From NCBI RefSeq assembly GCF_000017945.1, contig NC_009776.1, forward strand, positions 330,001-362,000: a stretch of DNA of 32,000 bases, in the 5' to 3' direction. The DNA comes from Ignicoccus hospitalis KIN4/I. Its GTDB lineage: Archaea > Thermoproteota > Thermoprotei_A > Sulfolobales > Ignicoccaceae. The position numbers and the translations under genes are program-made. The notes under the pieces were generated by a model, which was given only the letters and a program-made list of their open reading frames with translations, was not told where the DNA came from and ran no database searches. Shown piece after piece: positions 9,020-17,550 of this stretch (its first letter is position 1; the number at the start of each line of letters is the position of its first letter).

Positions 9020-9571
9020 TTAGACCCAGACCTTGACGTCCACCGCCCAGCAGCCCCTCTCGGAAACTATTAAGGGGTTTACTTCAAACACCTTGTATTC
9101 CGAAGCACAGAGCTTGACCAATACGTTTTCCACGCAGTTGAGGTCCAGCTTCTTCCGGGACTTCAAGGCCTCGCCCAGCTTAGACCGGTTGAGCTTCTTC
9201 TCGAAGACGACGACGCACAAGGGACAGAGCGTGACCAAGGACTCCTTGAGCAAGCTGGCGAGCACCCCTCCGGCCGCCACCACCAAGACCTTGCCGAACA
9301 CGGGGTCTCTCTTAGAAGAGACTAAGAGCTCCAAGTCCCCCCTAACGGCCTTCTGAACGATCGCCGAGCCGAACCTCTCCTCCAGCTCCTCCCTCGCCCT
9401 CTCGAGCTCCTCCTTCGTCTCTACGTAAATTACCGCCTTGGCCTCGGTCTTGTGGGGCAAGGGGACGTCGGCCTTCACGTAGGCCGGGGGCTCCACCCCC
9501 TCCCCCCACGGGGGGACCGGCAGGCCCAGCTCCTCCGCGAGCCTTAAAGACTCGGAGGGCCTTAACAGCAA
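9020..9571 (-). CDS. ADP-forming acyl-CoA synthetase beta subunit (ATP-grasp), shortened
   Basis: 183 aa; PLPHKTEAKAVIYV, ELLVSSKRDPVFGKVLVVAAGGVLASLL and EVNPLIVSERGCWAVDVKVWV; adjacent to the alpha subunit gene. Confidence 0.8.
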   Translation of the reverse strand: MLLRPSESLRLAEELGLPVPPWGEGVEPPAYVKADVPLPHKTEAKAVIYVETKEELERAREELEERFGSAIVQKAVRGDLELLVSSKRDPVFGKVLVVAAGGVLASLLKESLVTLCPLCVVVFEKKLNRSKLGEALKSRKKLDLNCVENVLVKLCASEYKVFEVNPLIVSERGCWAVDVKVWV

Positions 9572-10929
9572 GACTTCCTCGCCTCCGCGAGCTCCCTTGC
9601 GAACTTGTCCCTTAACAGTACCCGCGCGTACGCGACGGCTTCGTCCACGCCGAAGGCGAAGGGTATTTCCAGCTCCCTAGCCCTCCTTTCTAAGGCTTCC
9701 GCCATGGTTCCGCCGAACCCCAAGAGCAAGTGAGGTTTCCCGGTCCTTTCCATGCTTTCTTTGACTATGTCGGCGAGGTAGAGGCTTGTGGCGGGGGACT
9801 CCATGAGCGCTGCCACTATTATGAGGTCGTACTTGGGGGCCAGCCTCTCCAAGGCCTTCCGGTACCTCTCGTCGTCGGCGTCCCCGCCCACGTCGAGCGG
9901 GTTGTTCAACCTCAAGTAGCTGGGCAGCTCCCTCTCGAGCTCCCCGTCCACCGGCCTGGGCATCTTGTAGCCTTCTATCAAGTCCGTCAGCATTATGCCG
10001 ATGCCACCGGCGTCGGTCACTATTAACAGCTTGTCCCCCCTCAGCTCGGGGGAGTACTGGAGGGCCGATACGAAGGCCTTTACCTCGGCGAAGTCGTACA
10101 AGGGCGTGGCCCCGAACTCGAACAACAAGTCCCTGTACGCCTTGTAGTCGCCGGCCACCGAGGCGGTGTGGGAGGCCACCGCGGCGGCGCTCTCCCTCTT
10201 CCGCCCGCCCTTGTAAAAGCCTATCCTAGCGCCTCCTAGCCTCAACTTTAACACCGTTTCTAAGAAGGCCTTGCCCTCGCCCTCCCTGAGCCCCTCTATG
10301 TACATCAAGAAGTGGTTGAAGCCCTCCCCGAACAAGTAGTTGAGGACCTCGCTTTCTCCGACGTCTACTTTGTTGCCCAAGCTAACTGCAGCTCCTACGC
10401 CGCACCCCCTAGAGGCGGCCCAGTCCATGAGGCTCGCCGCCAGCGCCCCGCTCTGGCTGACCAGCGCCAGCCCGGAAGGCCGCGGCCTCGGGGTCCCGGC
10501 CTCGCGGAAGAAGAACGTGTCCAGCCCGGAGGGGTAATAGTAAATACCCAAGCAGTTGGGCCCCACCACCCTTATGCCGTGGGACAGAGCCTTCTCCTTT
10601 ATCCTATTTTCGAGCTCCTCGTTGCCCACTTCCGAGAACCCGGAAGTTATTATTATTAGGGCCCTCACGTCCTTTTCTATTGCGTCGTCCACCACCGCCT
10701 CCACGGCGCTCGTTGGTACAGCGACCACCGCGAGCTCCACCTCGTCCGGGACCTCCCGCAAGGACGGGTAGCAAGGGACGCCCAGCACTTCCTTGTACTT
10801 GGGGTTGACCGCGTAGAGCTTTCCCTTGTAAGACCTCTTCATGTTGCTCAGTATCACGTACCCGGGCTTGGGGACCTTTGGCGTGGCCCCCACCACCGCC
10901 ACAGAAGAGGGCTTGAAGAGGAAGTCCAA
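9562..10929 (-). CDS. ADP-forming acyl-CoA synthetase alpha subunit (CoA-binding/succinyl-CoA ligase-like)
   Basis: 455 aa; SSVAVVGATPKVPKPGYVILSNMKRSYKGKLYAVNP, VGPNCLGIYY, LVSQSGALAAS, ASHTASVAG and VTDAGGIGIMLTD. Confidence 0.88.
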   Translation of the reverse strand: MDFLFKPSSVAVVGATPKVPKPGYVILSNMKRSYKGKLYAVNPKYKEVLGVPCYPSLREVPDEVELAVVAVPTSAVEAVVDDAIEKDVRALIIITSGFSEVGNEELENRIKEKALSHGIRVVGPNCLGIYYYPSGLDTFFFREAGTPRPRPSGLALVSQSGALAASLMDWAASRGCGVGAAVSLGNKVDVGESEVLNYLFGEGFNHFLMYIEGLREGEGKAFLETVLKLRLGGARIGFYKGGRKRESAAAVASHTASVAGDYKAYRDLLFEFGATPLYDFAEVKAFVSALQYSPELRGDKLLIVTDAGGIGIMLTDLIEGYKMPRPVDGELERELPSYLRLNNPLDVGGDADDERYRKALERLAPKYDLIIVAALMESPATSLYLADIVKESMERTGKPHLLLGFGGTMAEALERRARELEIPFAFGVDEAVAYARVLLRDKFARELAEARKSCC

Positions 10930-11009
10930 GCGCTCCTTCCCCGACCTCTTCCTTGGAGGCCGTTTCAGTTATTTTAACCTCCCTTGGAGGGGCCCTGAGG
11001 GGAAGGGAA

Positions 11010-11243
11010 GTGGAGGAGAGGCCGGTGGCCTACGTTTTGACGCCCGTATTGAGGAAGGACGCCGGTAAGAAGCCCAAGATGAGGAGGGGAAGGGGCTTCA
11101 GCAAGGGCGAGCTCGAAGCAGTGGGGCTGGACTTCAAGAAGGCCCTCAAGATGGGGATACCTATAGACAAGAGGAGGAAGACCGTACACGAGTGGAACGT
11201 GGAAGCCTTGAAGAAGTGGTTGTCCCAGAAGGGCGGGGAATGA
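11010..11243 (+). CDS. rpl13e: Ribosomal protein L13e
   Basis: GTG 11010: MEERPVAYVLTPVLRKDAGKKPKMRRGRGFSKGELEAVGLDFKKALKMGIPIDKRRKTVHEWNVEALKKWLSQKGGE. RRGRGFS-x-GEL and GIPxDKRRKTVHExNVEALK are diagnostic. The track start at 10953 is probably too early. Confidence 0.9.
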   Translation: MEERPVAYVLTPVLRKDAGKKPKMRRGRGFSKGELEAVGLDFKKALKMGIPIDKRRKTVHEWNVEALKKWLSQKGGE

Positions 11244-11341
11244 GGAGGAAGCTCTTCTTCGCGGTCTTAATGTTGTGGGTAATAGGCGTCATAAGCCTCC
11301 TTTACCTCTACTGGTCGCTCTGGGCCTCGGTGATCCGTTGA
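11240..11341 (+). CDS. 33-aa single-pass membrane microprotein (not in the ORF track)
   Basis: ATG overlaps the L13e stop (ATGA) and its TGA overlaps the ubiX TTG (TTGA). Translation: MRRKLFFAVLMLWVIGVISLLYLYWSLWASVIR. Confidence 0.55.
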   Translation: MRRKLFFAVLMLWVIGVISLLYLYWSLWASVIR

Positions 11342-11931
11342 GGCTCGCGCTGGCTATAACGGGGGCCTCGGGGCTCCCCATAGCGTTCGAGCTCCTCGAC
11401 TCCTTGAAGGGCTTCGAGGTGGACGTGGTAGTGACCCCCGGGGCCCTCGAGGTGGCCAAGCTAGAACCTTGCACCTTGGAGGACGAAGGTTGCGACTTGA
11501 TAAAGGAACTTGCAAAGAGGAGGGTTAGGATACACACCAACATGAGGTCCCCCTTGGCCTCCAGCTCCCGCGCCCCGGACGCGGCGGTCTGCGCGCCGTG
11601 CTCCATGAAGACGGTCGCTTCAGTGGCCTACGGGATAGGGGACACGTTGGCCTCGAGGCTGTTGCTGAACATGTTGAGGCTCCGGAGGAAGGTGGTCGTG
11701 GTCCCCCGTGAGACCCCCGTTGGGGCGATAGAGCTTGAGGCCATGAGGAGGGTCGCGGAGGCCGGGGCGGCAGTGGTGCTCCCCGTGTTGGCTTTCTACA
11801 ACAGGCCCAAGAGCTTGAGGGACGCCGTTAGGTTCGTGGTCGGCAAGGTGTTGGACGCTTTGGGCGTAGAAAACGAGCTCTACGGGCGCTACTTAGCTGG
11901 GGAGCTGGATGACCGGCACGCCCCCGATTAG
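11338..11931 (+). CDS. ubiX: Flavin prenyltransferase UbiX
   Basis: From TTG 11338: MRLALAITGASGLPIAFELLDSL...SSSRAPDAAVCAPCSMKTVASVAYGIGDTLASR...VVVVPRETPVGAIELEAM. Track start at 11275 is upstream of the ITGASG core. Confidence 0.92.
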   Translation: MRLALAITGASGLPIAFELLDSLKGFEVDVVVTPGALEVAKLEPCTLEDEGCDLIKELAKRRVRIHTNMRSPLASSSRAPDAAVCAPCSMKTVASVAYGIGDTLASRLLLNMLRLRRKVVVVPRETPVGAIELEAMRRVAEAGAAVVLPVLAFYNRPKSLRDAVRFVVGKVLDALGVENELYGRYLAGELDDRHAPD

Positions 11932-12774
11932 TACTTCCCTCTTCCTGGTGAGCAAGACCCCTCCGGCCCCCCTGCTCTCCACCATCTCCATTAGCAAGTT
12001 CTCCAAGTTGTTGGAGAGCCTCCCTATCTCGGCCTCCTCCCTGTCCATGACTACGACGTCCTTGAACATCTCCGCCACCTCCAAGCCGGAGAGGCTCACC
12101 GGGGGCCTCTCCTCGGTCCCCACGAAGCTGTCCTTGAACTCTTGTAGGGATACCTTCAACTTCGGCTTAATTTTGTTCTCTATTATGGTGTCTAAATAGT
12201 TCAGAAGCCTCTCGGCCTCTATGTACTCGTACAGTATCCCGTGACTCGCCATTATGCTCAGCGCTTGGCCGCTTATCTGGGAGGCCAAGTCCTTCTTCTC
12301 GCCTTTAACTAAACTCATCAAATATTCAGAAATGCCCAAGAAGAGGGATATGTCCTTGGGGGCGGCGGGGGGAACGGAGATGGTTATGTTGAACGGGTCC
12401 ATTATTGTCCATGAGTTAACGTAAAGCTTGTTATAGTTGCTGAGGATGAGGAGGGAGGCATTGGCCCCCGAACGGGTGGGAACAATGAAGGCTATCTCAT
12501 CTATACCTATGCCCCTTACGACCTTTTCGAATATCTCCGGGAAGTATATGCTTCCCCCGAAGGCGTATATCAAGACGTATAAGTTGTTACACCCCTCGTT
12601 CTTGAGCTCTAAGACCGCTTTGGTGAGCTTAGTGGGGACGTAAACGGTGTCCAGAGAGGCGCTGTTGGAGGGCGAGGTCACCAAGGCCATTAGGCAAGCG
12701 CCGGGGTCCTTGAGCTTGAGCGCGTCCTCGAGCTCCCTGAGAGCGAGCTTGTGAGGCTCGCCTCCTACGAACAT
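11893..12774 (-). CDS. ClpP/crotonase-fold serine protease-like protein (SDH/SppA-like)
   Basis: 293 aa; LYVLIYAFGGSIYFPEIFEKVVR...IAFIVPTRSGANASLLILSNYNKLYVNSWTIMDPFN resembles the GG...(A/S)xSGG...D/GPxxP topology of SDH_protease/ClpP relatives. No DNA-binding or TM segment is obvious. Confidence 0.55.
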   Translation of the reverse strand: MFVGGEPHKLALRELEDALKLKDPGACLMALVTSPSNSASLDTVYVPTKLTKAVLELKNEGCNNLYVLIYAFGGSIYFPEIFEKVVRGIGIDEIAFIVPTRSGANASLLILSNYNKLYVNSWTIMDPFNITISVPPAAPKDISLFLGISEYLMSLVKGEKKDLASQISGQALSIMASHGILYEYIEAERLLNYLDTIIENKIKPKLKVSLQEFKDSFVGTEERPPVSLSGLEVAEMFKDVVVMDREEAEIGRLSNNLENLLMEMVESRGAGGVLLTRKREVLIGGVPVIQLPS

Positions 12775-12827
12775 TATATCGCTCCCCCGCGGCCGGGGAG
12801 GCGAAGGTTATAACGAGGGGGCGCGCC

Positions 12828-13901
12828 GTGGTGGGCTTAGAGCTGGAAGCCCTAGCGGTAGAGCCCGAGCCCATGGACAGAGAACGGTGGCTTAAGCTCT
12901 TGGGGGAGGTGGACGGAGAGGAGCTGAAGGACCCTTGCACGGGCCAAGTAATTGGTAAGAGAACGAATGAGTTCGTAGTAAAGACTGACACCACTAGCGC
13001 TATAATAGAGATAAGCGTAGAGCCGGGACCTAAGGCAATAAGCAAGGCCTTCCAAGCTCTAGAGCTCTTAGGGGTGAGGCCCTACGCGCGGGCTTACTAC
13101 CCGCCCCCGGGGCGCCGGTGGTACCTCAAGAATGCCACCCCGAGGGGGCACTACAGGCTGCTCCACTGGTACGGCTACTCACACTGGGAGATAGCTACCA
13201 TGGCCTCCAGCCAAGTGTGGTTGGACGTCAGCAAGGAAGAGCTCCCGAGGGTCTTAGACGCTATAAACAAGGCGTCCCCGTGGCTGTTGAAGAAGTATTC
13301 CAACTCCCCGTTCGCGGGGTGGAAGGAGTACCGGGTTAGGGCTTGGCAGCTCTTCTCCGAGCGTTCGTGGGCGAGCGCGCCCTACCCTTGGGCCCCCAAG
13401 CCCTTCTCCGGCTGGGCCGACGTGTTGGAAGACCTAACCTCCGGCGCCCCTCAAGAGGCGGAGCCTTGTCTGGACCTAAGCCTCAACGCCTGGGAGGAGC
13501 TGGCAGAGGCCTTCGCGAAGGGGAAGGTCTTGGCGAGGAGGGCCGACATGGGCCTCGCTTACGCAACCCCCCAAGGGGTTCTGAAGGGGATGCAGAGGTG
13601 GACCTTCAGGCCGGCGATAGCTAGGTGGAGGCCCAAGCCCTCCCCCCGCCCCGAGGCCCTCAAGGGGGCGCTGGAAGGGAACCCCAAGCCCTTCTTAGAC
13701 AGCTTGGAGAAGGTTATGGTGGAAGTGAGGCTGCTGCCTTACTTGCCCCAAGAGAGGCTGGAGGAGGCGGTGGAGGACTTGTTGAAGTTGGCGAGGGCCG
13801 AGCCCCCAGAGGTCGGGTGGGCGGAGCTGAGGGAAGCCTACGTGAGGGCGGCCATGGGCAAGAGGTTGCCGGAGTGGGCCTCGTGGCCGGAAGGGGTCTG
13901 A
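12828..13901 (+). CDS. GCS2-like carboxylate-amine ligase (glutamate-cysteine ligase family 2 related)
   Basis: 357 aa; GLELEALAVEPE, TTSAIIEISVEPGP and PRGHYRLLHWYG...SSQVWLDVSKEELPRVLDAINKASPWLLKKYSNSPFAGWKEYRVRAW match the family architecture. Confidence 0.65.
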   Translation: MVGLELEALAVEPEPMDRERWLKLLGEVDGEELKDPCTGQVIGKRTNEFVVKTDTTSAIIEISVEPGPKAISKAFQALELLGVRPYARAYYPPPGRRWYLKNATPRGHYRLLHWYGYSHWEIATMASSQVWLDVSKEELPRVLDAINKASPWLLKKYSNSPFAGWKEYRVRAWQLFSERSWASAPYPWAPKPFSGWADVLEDLTSGAPQEAEPCLDLSLNAWEELAEAFAKGKVLARRADMGLAYATPQGVLKGMQRWTFRPAIARWRPKPSPRPEALKGALEGNPKPFLDSLEKVMVEVRLLPYLPQERLEEAVEDLLKLARAEPPEVGWAELREAYVRAAMGKRLPEWASWPEGV

Positions 13902-13916
13902 CGGGGGTTCTCCTCG

Positions 13917-15161
13917 TCACCCCTCAGCTTTAACGGGCTCCCCCTTCATCCCCTCCACCTCGCGCCCGTCCACGCGTAATAACGTGAGGACCCCCGCCGC
14001 GCCCAGCGCCGCCGCCACGGGGAAGGCCAACCCCCCTCCGACGCCGGAGGCCTCCAACCACTTGTAGAGCGCGGCCCCGACCAAGGGGCCTACTATCATG
14101 CCCAAGTTGAAGTAAGCTTGCTGCATGCCGAACACCTTAGCGGTCAACTCCCTAGGGACCAAGTCGCTTACCAAACTCCTTATGAGGGGTATTACTACAG
14201 TTATCGCGAAGTTTTGTACAGTCAGTATAGCTAGGAGGATAAAGTAACTTTTCGTGAGGCCCACCGCAGCTAACGCGAGCTTGTGCAACAGCCCTAAACC
14301 TATAGCTACTTTCAACTTATTCGTAAAGTCAAATTCATCGAGCCTCTTCATCAAGGGAGAGGCGAGGGCCATCCCCAAAAGGCCGCTGAGCGCCACCAGC
14401 GAGGACAGCTTTATTGGCACGGAGGTTACGTACTGCATTATGTATATTATCAATACGCTCATAAATATTCCGGCAGAAAAGCCGTTGGCAAAGGCGTTGA
14501 AGAAGAAAACGTAAAGCGCCGACTTTATCTTGGCGTGGAGCTCCCTCACCTTCATTTTAGTTTTATACCTCACGTCCGGCAGCTTGAAGATTAAGAGCAA
14601 GCCCGCCAGCGCGCCCAAGGGGAGGAGCGCGAAGGGGACCCTTACCGCCACGGGGAGGGGCAGCGAGGAAGACGCTTGGAGCGCCGCTCCCCCTACCGCG
14701 GGCCCCAAGATCATGCCGACGTTAAACGCCATGACGTAGAGCATCAAAGCCCTCGTCTTCTTCCCGCCGGCGAACTCCACTATCATGGACTCCGCCACCG
14801 GCCACACCATCGCCGAAGCCACCCCTTGTAGGGCTCTGGATACCAAAACTTCCCAGTAGTTCTCCGTAACTATTAACCATATTCCGCTGACAAGGTACAA
14901 TATCAAGCCTACTACCACTGACCTCTTCATTCCTATCCTTTCCGCTATGTAGCCGGAGAGGAATGCAATGACAACCCTGGTACCCATGAAGGTTGACGTG
15001 AGCGCTCCGAACTCCAAAGCGACCTTGCTAGCGTTGAGCAGCTCTGCGTTCAGCGTTTTTAGTTCTCCTTTCAAGTACATCAAGAAGTACGGTAAAGCCA
15101 CGTTAGAGGCCGAAAACGTTATCGAGATTATCGCAGAAAGGGCGACCAGCTTCGTCCACAA
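13917..15161 (-). CDS. Major facilitator superfamily transporter
   Basis: 414 aa, about 12 TM segments; GTRVVIAFLSGYIAERIGMKRSVVVG (MFS loop 2-3 motif) and VSRALQGVASAMVWPVAES. Confidence 0.88.
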   Translation of the reverse strand: MWTKLVALSAIISITFSASNVALPYFLMYLKGELKTLNAELLNASKVALEFGALTSTFMGTRVVIAFLSGYIAERIGMKRSVVVGLILYLVSGIWLIVTENYWEVLVSRALQGVASAMVWPVAESMIVEFAGGKKTRALMLYVMAFNVGMILGPAVGGAALQASSSLPLPVAVRVPFALLPLGALAGLLLIFKLPDVRYKTKMKVRELHAKIKSALYVFFFNAFANGFSAGIFMSVLIIYIMQYVTSVPIKLSSLVALSGLLGMALASPLMKRLDEFDFTNKLKVAIGLGLLHKLALAAVGLTKSYFILLAILTVQNFAITVVIPLIRSLVSDLVPRELTAKVFGMQQAYFNLGMIVGPLVGAALYKWLEASGVGGGLAFPVAAALGAAGVLTLLRVDGREVEGMKGEPVKAEG

Positions 15162-15246
15162 GCCCCCTTACCTAGGCCCGGCCGCCCGGGGCCCTTATTG
15201 TGTGAACAGAAATAACCGCTGGATGTAAGCCCTCTGGGCTAAGGAA

Positions 15247-16038
15247 GTGAAGAAGGTTACCATAAGAGATATTATGAAAAAGTACAAAAATGGCGAAAAG
15301 ATCGTCATGGTTACCGCTTACGATTACCCGTTCGCCAAGCTCGTGGACGAGGCCGGCGTGGACATGATCCTGGTTGGGGACTCCTTGGGCATGGTAGTCC
15401 TCGGCTACCCCTCTACCAACCAAGTCACCATGAAGGACATGCTCCACCACGTGGCGGCGGTCGCGAGGGCGAACCCCAAAGCGATGATAGTTGGGGACAT
15501 GCCCTTCGGGAGCTACGAGGTTTCCGAGGAAGAGGCGGTGAGAAACGCGGTGGAGCTGGTGAGGGCCGGGGCTGAAGCGGTGAAGTTAGAAGGGGGAAAG
15601 GAGGTGGCGGACAAGGTTGAGGCCATAGTGAAGGCCGGGATACCGGTGATGGGTCACTTGGGCTTGACGCCGCAGAAGAGGCACGCCTTGGGCGGCTACC
15701 GCTTGAGGGGCAAGACGGAAGAGGAAGCGAGGGAGCTGCTGGAAGACGCGAAGGCGTTGGAGGAGGCGGGGGTCTTCTCCATAGTCCTTGAATTCGTCAA
15801 GGCCGAGGTGGCTAAGAAGATCACCGAAGAGGTCGGCGTGCCTACGATATGCATAGGCGCCGGTCCTTGGTGTTCGGGCCAAGTGTTGGTAATTCACGAC
15901 ATATTGGGCTTGGCCCCCTTCAGCCCTCCCTTCGCTAAGAAGTACTTCGACTGCGGCAAGGCCATAGTGGAAGCTGTGAAGAAGTTCGCCGAGGAGGTCA
16001 GGTCGGGAGAGTTCCCGGGGGAGGGGTACTACTGGTAG
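15247..16038 (+). CDS. panB: 3-methyl-2-oxobutanoate hydroxymethyltransferase
   Basis: 263 aa; VMVTAYDYPFAKLVDEAGVDMILVGDSLGMVVLGYPSTNQVTMKDMLHH, MPFGSYE and GHLGLTPQ...GGYRLRGKT. Confidence 0.96.
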   Translation: MKKVTIRDIMKKYKNGEKIVMVTAYDYPFAKLVDEAGVDMILVGDSLGMVVLGYPSTNQVTMKDMLHHVAAVARANPKAMIVGDMPFGSYEVSEEEAVRNAVELVRAGAEAVKLEGGKEVADKVEAIVKAGIPVMGHLGLTPQKRHALGGYRLRGKTEEEARELLEDAKALEEAGVFSIVLEFVKAEVAKKITEEVGVPTICIGAGPWCSGQVLVIHDILGLAPFSPPFAKKYFDCGKAIVEAVKKFAEEVRSGEFPGEGYYW

Positions 16039-16095
16039 TTTCCTAAGCCTCCACTTGATAACTCCCCTTAGGGGGAGGGCTACCGGTCACGGATT

Positions 16096-17550
16096 ATGTC
16101 TGCCAACATACCTCTGAAGAGGGTCGGCACCTACGAATGGATGATAGAGAAGGGCGTCAAGCCGTGTATGAAGGTGCCGGCAATAATATTCGCCGACGAG
16201 TACTTGTTAGAGAAGATGAAGAGCGATAGGACCTTGGACCAAGCGGCCAACGTCGCTTGCCTGCCCGGCATACAGAGGGCCTCCTACGTCATGCCCGACG
16301 GCCACCAAGGCTACGGCTTCCCCATAGGCGGGGTGGCCGCCACAGACCCGGAAGAGGGGGGCGTGATATCCCCCGGAGGGGTAGGGTACGACATAAACTG
16401 TGGGGTCAGGCTCATAAGGACTAACTTAGACGAAAAGGACGTAAGGCCCAAACTGAAGGACTTGGTCTACACGCTCTTCCGCAACGTGCCCTCCGGGCTG
16501 GGCAGCACCGGGAAGGTCAGGCTGAGCGTCAGCGAGCTGGACAAGGTGCTCGAGGAGGGCGTCTACTGGGCGGTGGAGAGGGGCTACGGGTGGAGCGATG
16601 ACCCAGAGCACATAGAGGAGCACGGCAGGATGAAGTACGCCGACGCCAGCAAGGTAAGCATGAGGGCCAAGCAGAGGGGAGCCCCTCAGCTGGGCACCTT
16701 GGGCAGCGGCAACCACTTCCTAGAGGTCCAAGTGGTGGACAAGATCTACGACGAAAGGGCTGCTAAGGCGATGGGCATAACCCACGAGGGCCAAGTAATG
16801 GTAATGGTTCACACCGGCTCCAGGGGGTTGGGCCACCAAGTGGCGAGCGACTACTTGATAAAGATGGAAAGGGCGATGAAGAAGTACGGAATTGTGGTCC
16901 CCGACAGAGAGCTCGCCTCCGTGCCCTTCAACAGCCCCGAGGCCCAAGACTACTTCAAGGCAATGAGCGCGGCCGCCAACTACGCTTGGACCAACCGCCA
17001 GCTGATAACTCACTGGACCAGGGAGAGCTTCAAGGAAGTGTTCAAGACCGACCCCGAGAACTTGGACATGCACATAGTCTACGACGTCGCCCACAACATA
17101 GCTAAGATAGAGGAGCACGACGTGGACGGTAAGAGGAAGAAGCTGGTGGTCCACCGGAAGGGCGCCACGAGGGCCTTCCCTCCCGGACACCCGGAGATAC
17201 CTCAAGACTACCAGAGCATAGGCCAACCGGTGCTCATACCGGGCTCCATGGGCACGGCGAGCTACGTATTGGTCGGAGTCCCCACGGGCGCGAGGGTGTG
17301 GTACAGCACTTGCCACGGCGCCGGGAGGTGGCTCAGCAGGGCGGCGGCGGTGAGGCAGTACAGGCCGAGGGAGGTGATAGAGCAGCTCAGCCGTCAAGGC
17401 GTGGTGCTGAAGGCCGCCCAAGCTAGGGTGGTGGCCGAGGAGGCCCCCGGGGCCTACAAGGACGTGGACAGAGTGGTCAGGGTAGTCCACGAGGTCGGCA
17501 TAAGCAAGCTCGTGGCGAGGCTGAGGCCCATAGGAGTGGTCAAGGGCTGA
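16096..17550 (+). CDS. rtcB: RNA-splicing ligase RtcB (no intein)
   Basis: 484 aa; MPDGHQGYGFPIGGVAA, ISPGGVGYDINCGVRL, LGSGNHFLEVQ, TGSRGLGHQV and RKGATRAFPPG...IPGSMGTASYVLVG. Confidence 0.97.
   Translation: MSANIPLKRVGTYEWMIEKGVKPCMKVPAIIFADEYLLEKMKSDRTLDQAANVACLPGIQRASYVMPDGHQGYGFPIGGVAATDPEEGGVISPGGVGYDINCGVRLIRTNLDEKDVRPKLKDLVYTLFRNVPSGLGSTGKVRLSVSELDKVLEEGVYWAVERGYGWSDDPEHIEEHGRMKYADASKVSMRAKQRGAPQLGTLGSGNHFLEVQVVDKIYDERAAKAMGITHEGQVMVMVHTGSRGLGHQVASDYLIKMERAMKKYGIVVPDRELASVPFNSPEAQDYFKAMSAAANYAWTNRQLITHWTRESFKEVFKTDPENLDMHIVYDVAHNIAKIEEHDVDGKRKKLVVHRKGATRAFPPGHPEIPQDYQSIGQPVLIPGSMGTASYVLVGVPTGARVWYSTCHGAGRWLSRAAAVRQYRPREVIEQLSRQGVVLKAAQARVVAEEAPGAYKDVDRVVRVVHEVGISKLVARLRPIGVVKG

Noticed and set aside
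15180-15200. GC-rich near-palindrome GGCCCGGCCGCCCGGGGCCC upstream of panB
   Set aside because: Imperfect symmetry and expected by chance at this base composition; no paired copy seen.
16720-17490. 256-aa minus-strand ORF opposite rtcB
   Set aside because: Antisense shadow; the plus strand encodes canonical RtcB through the whole interval.
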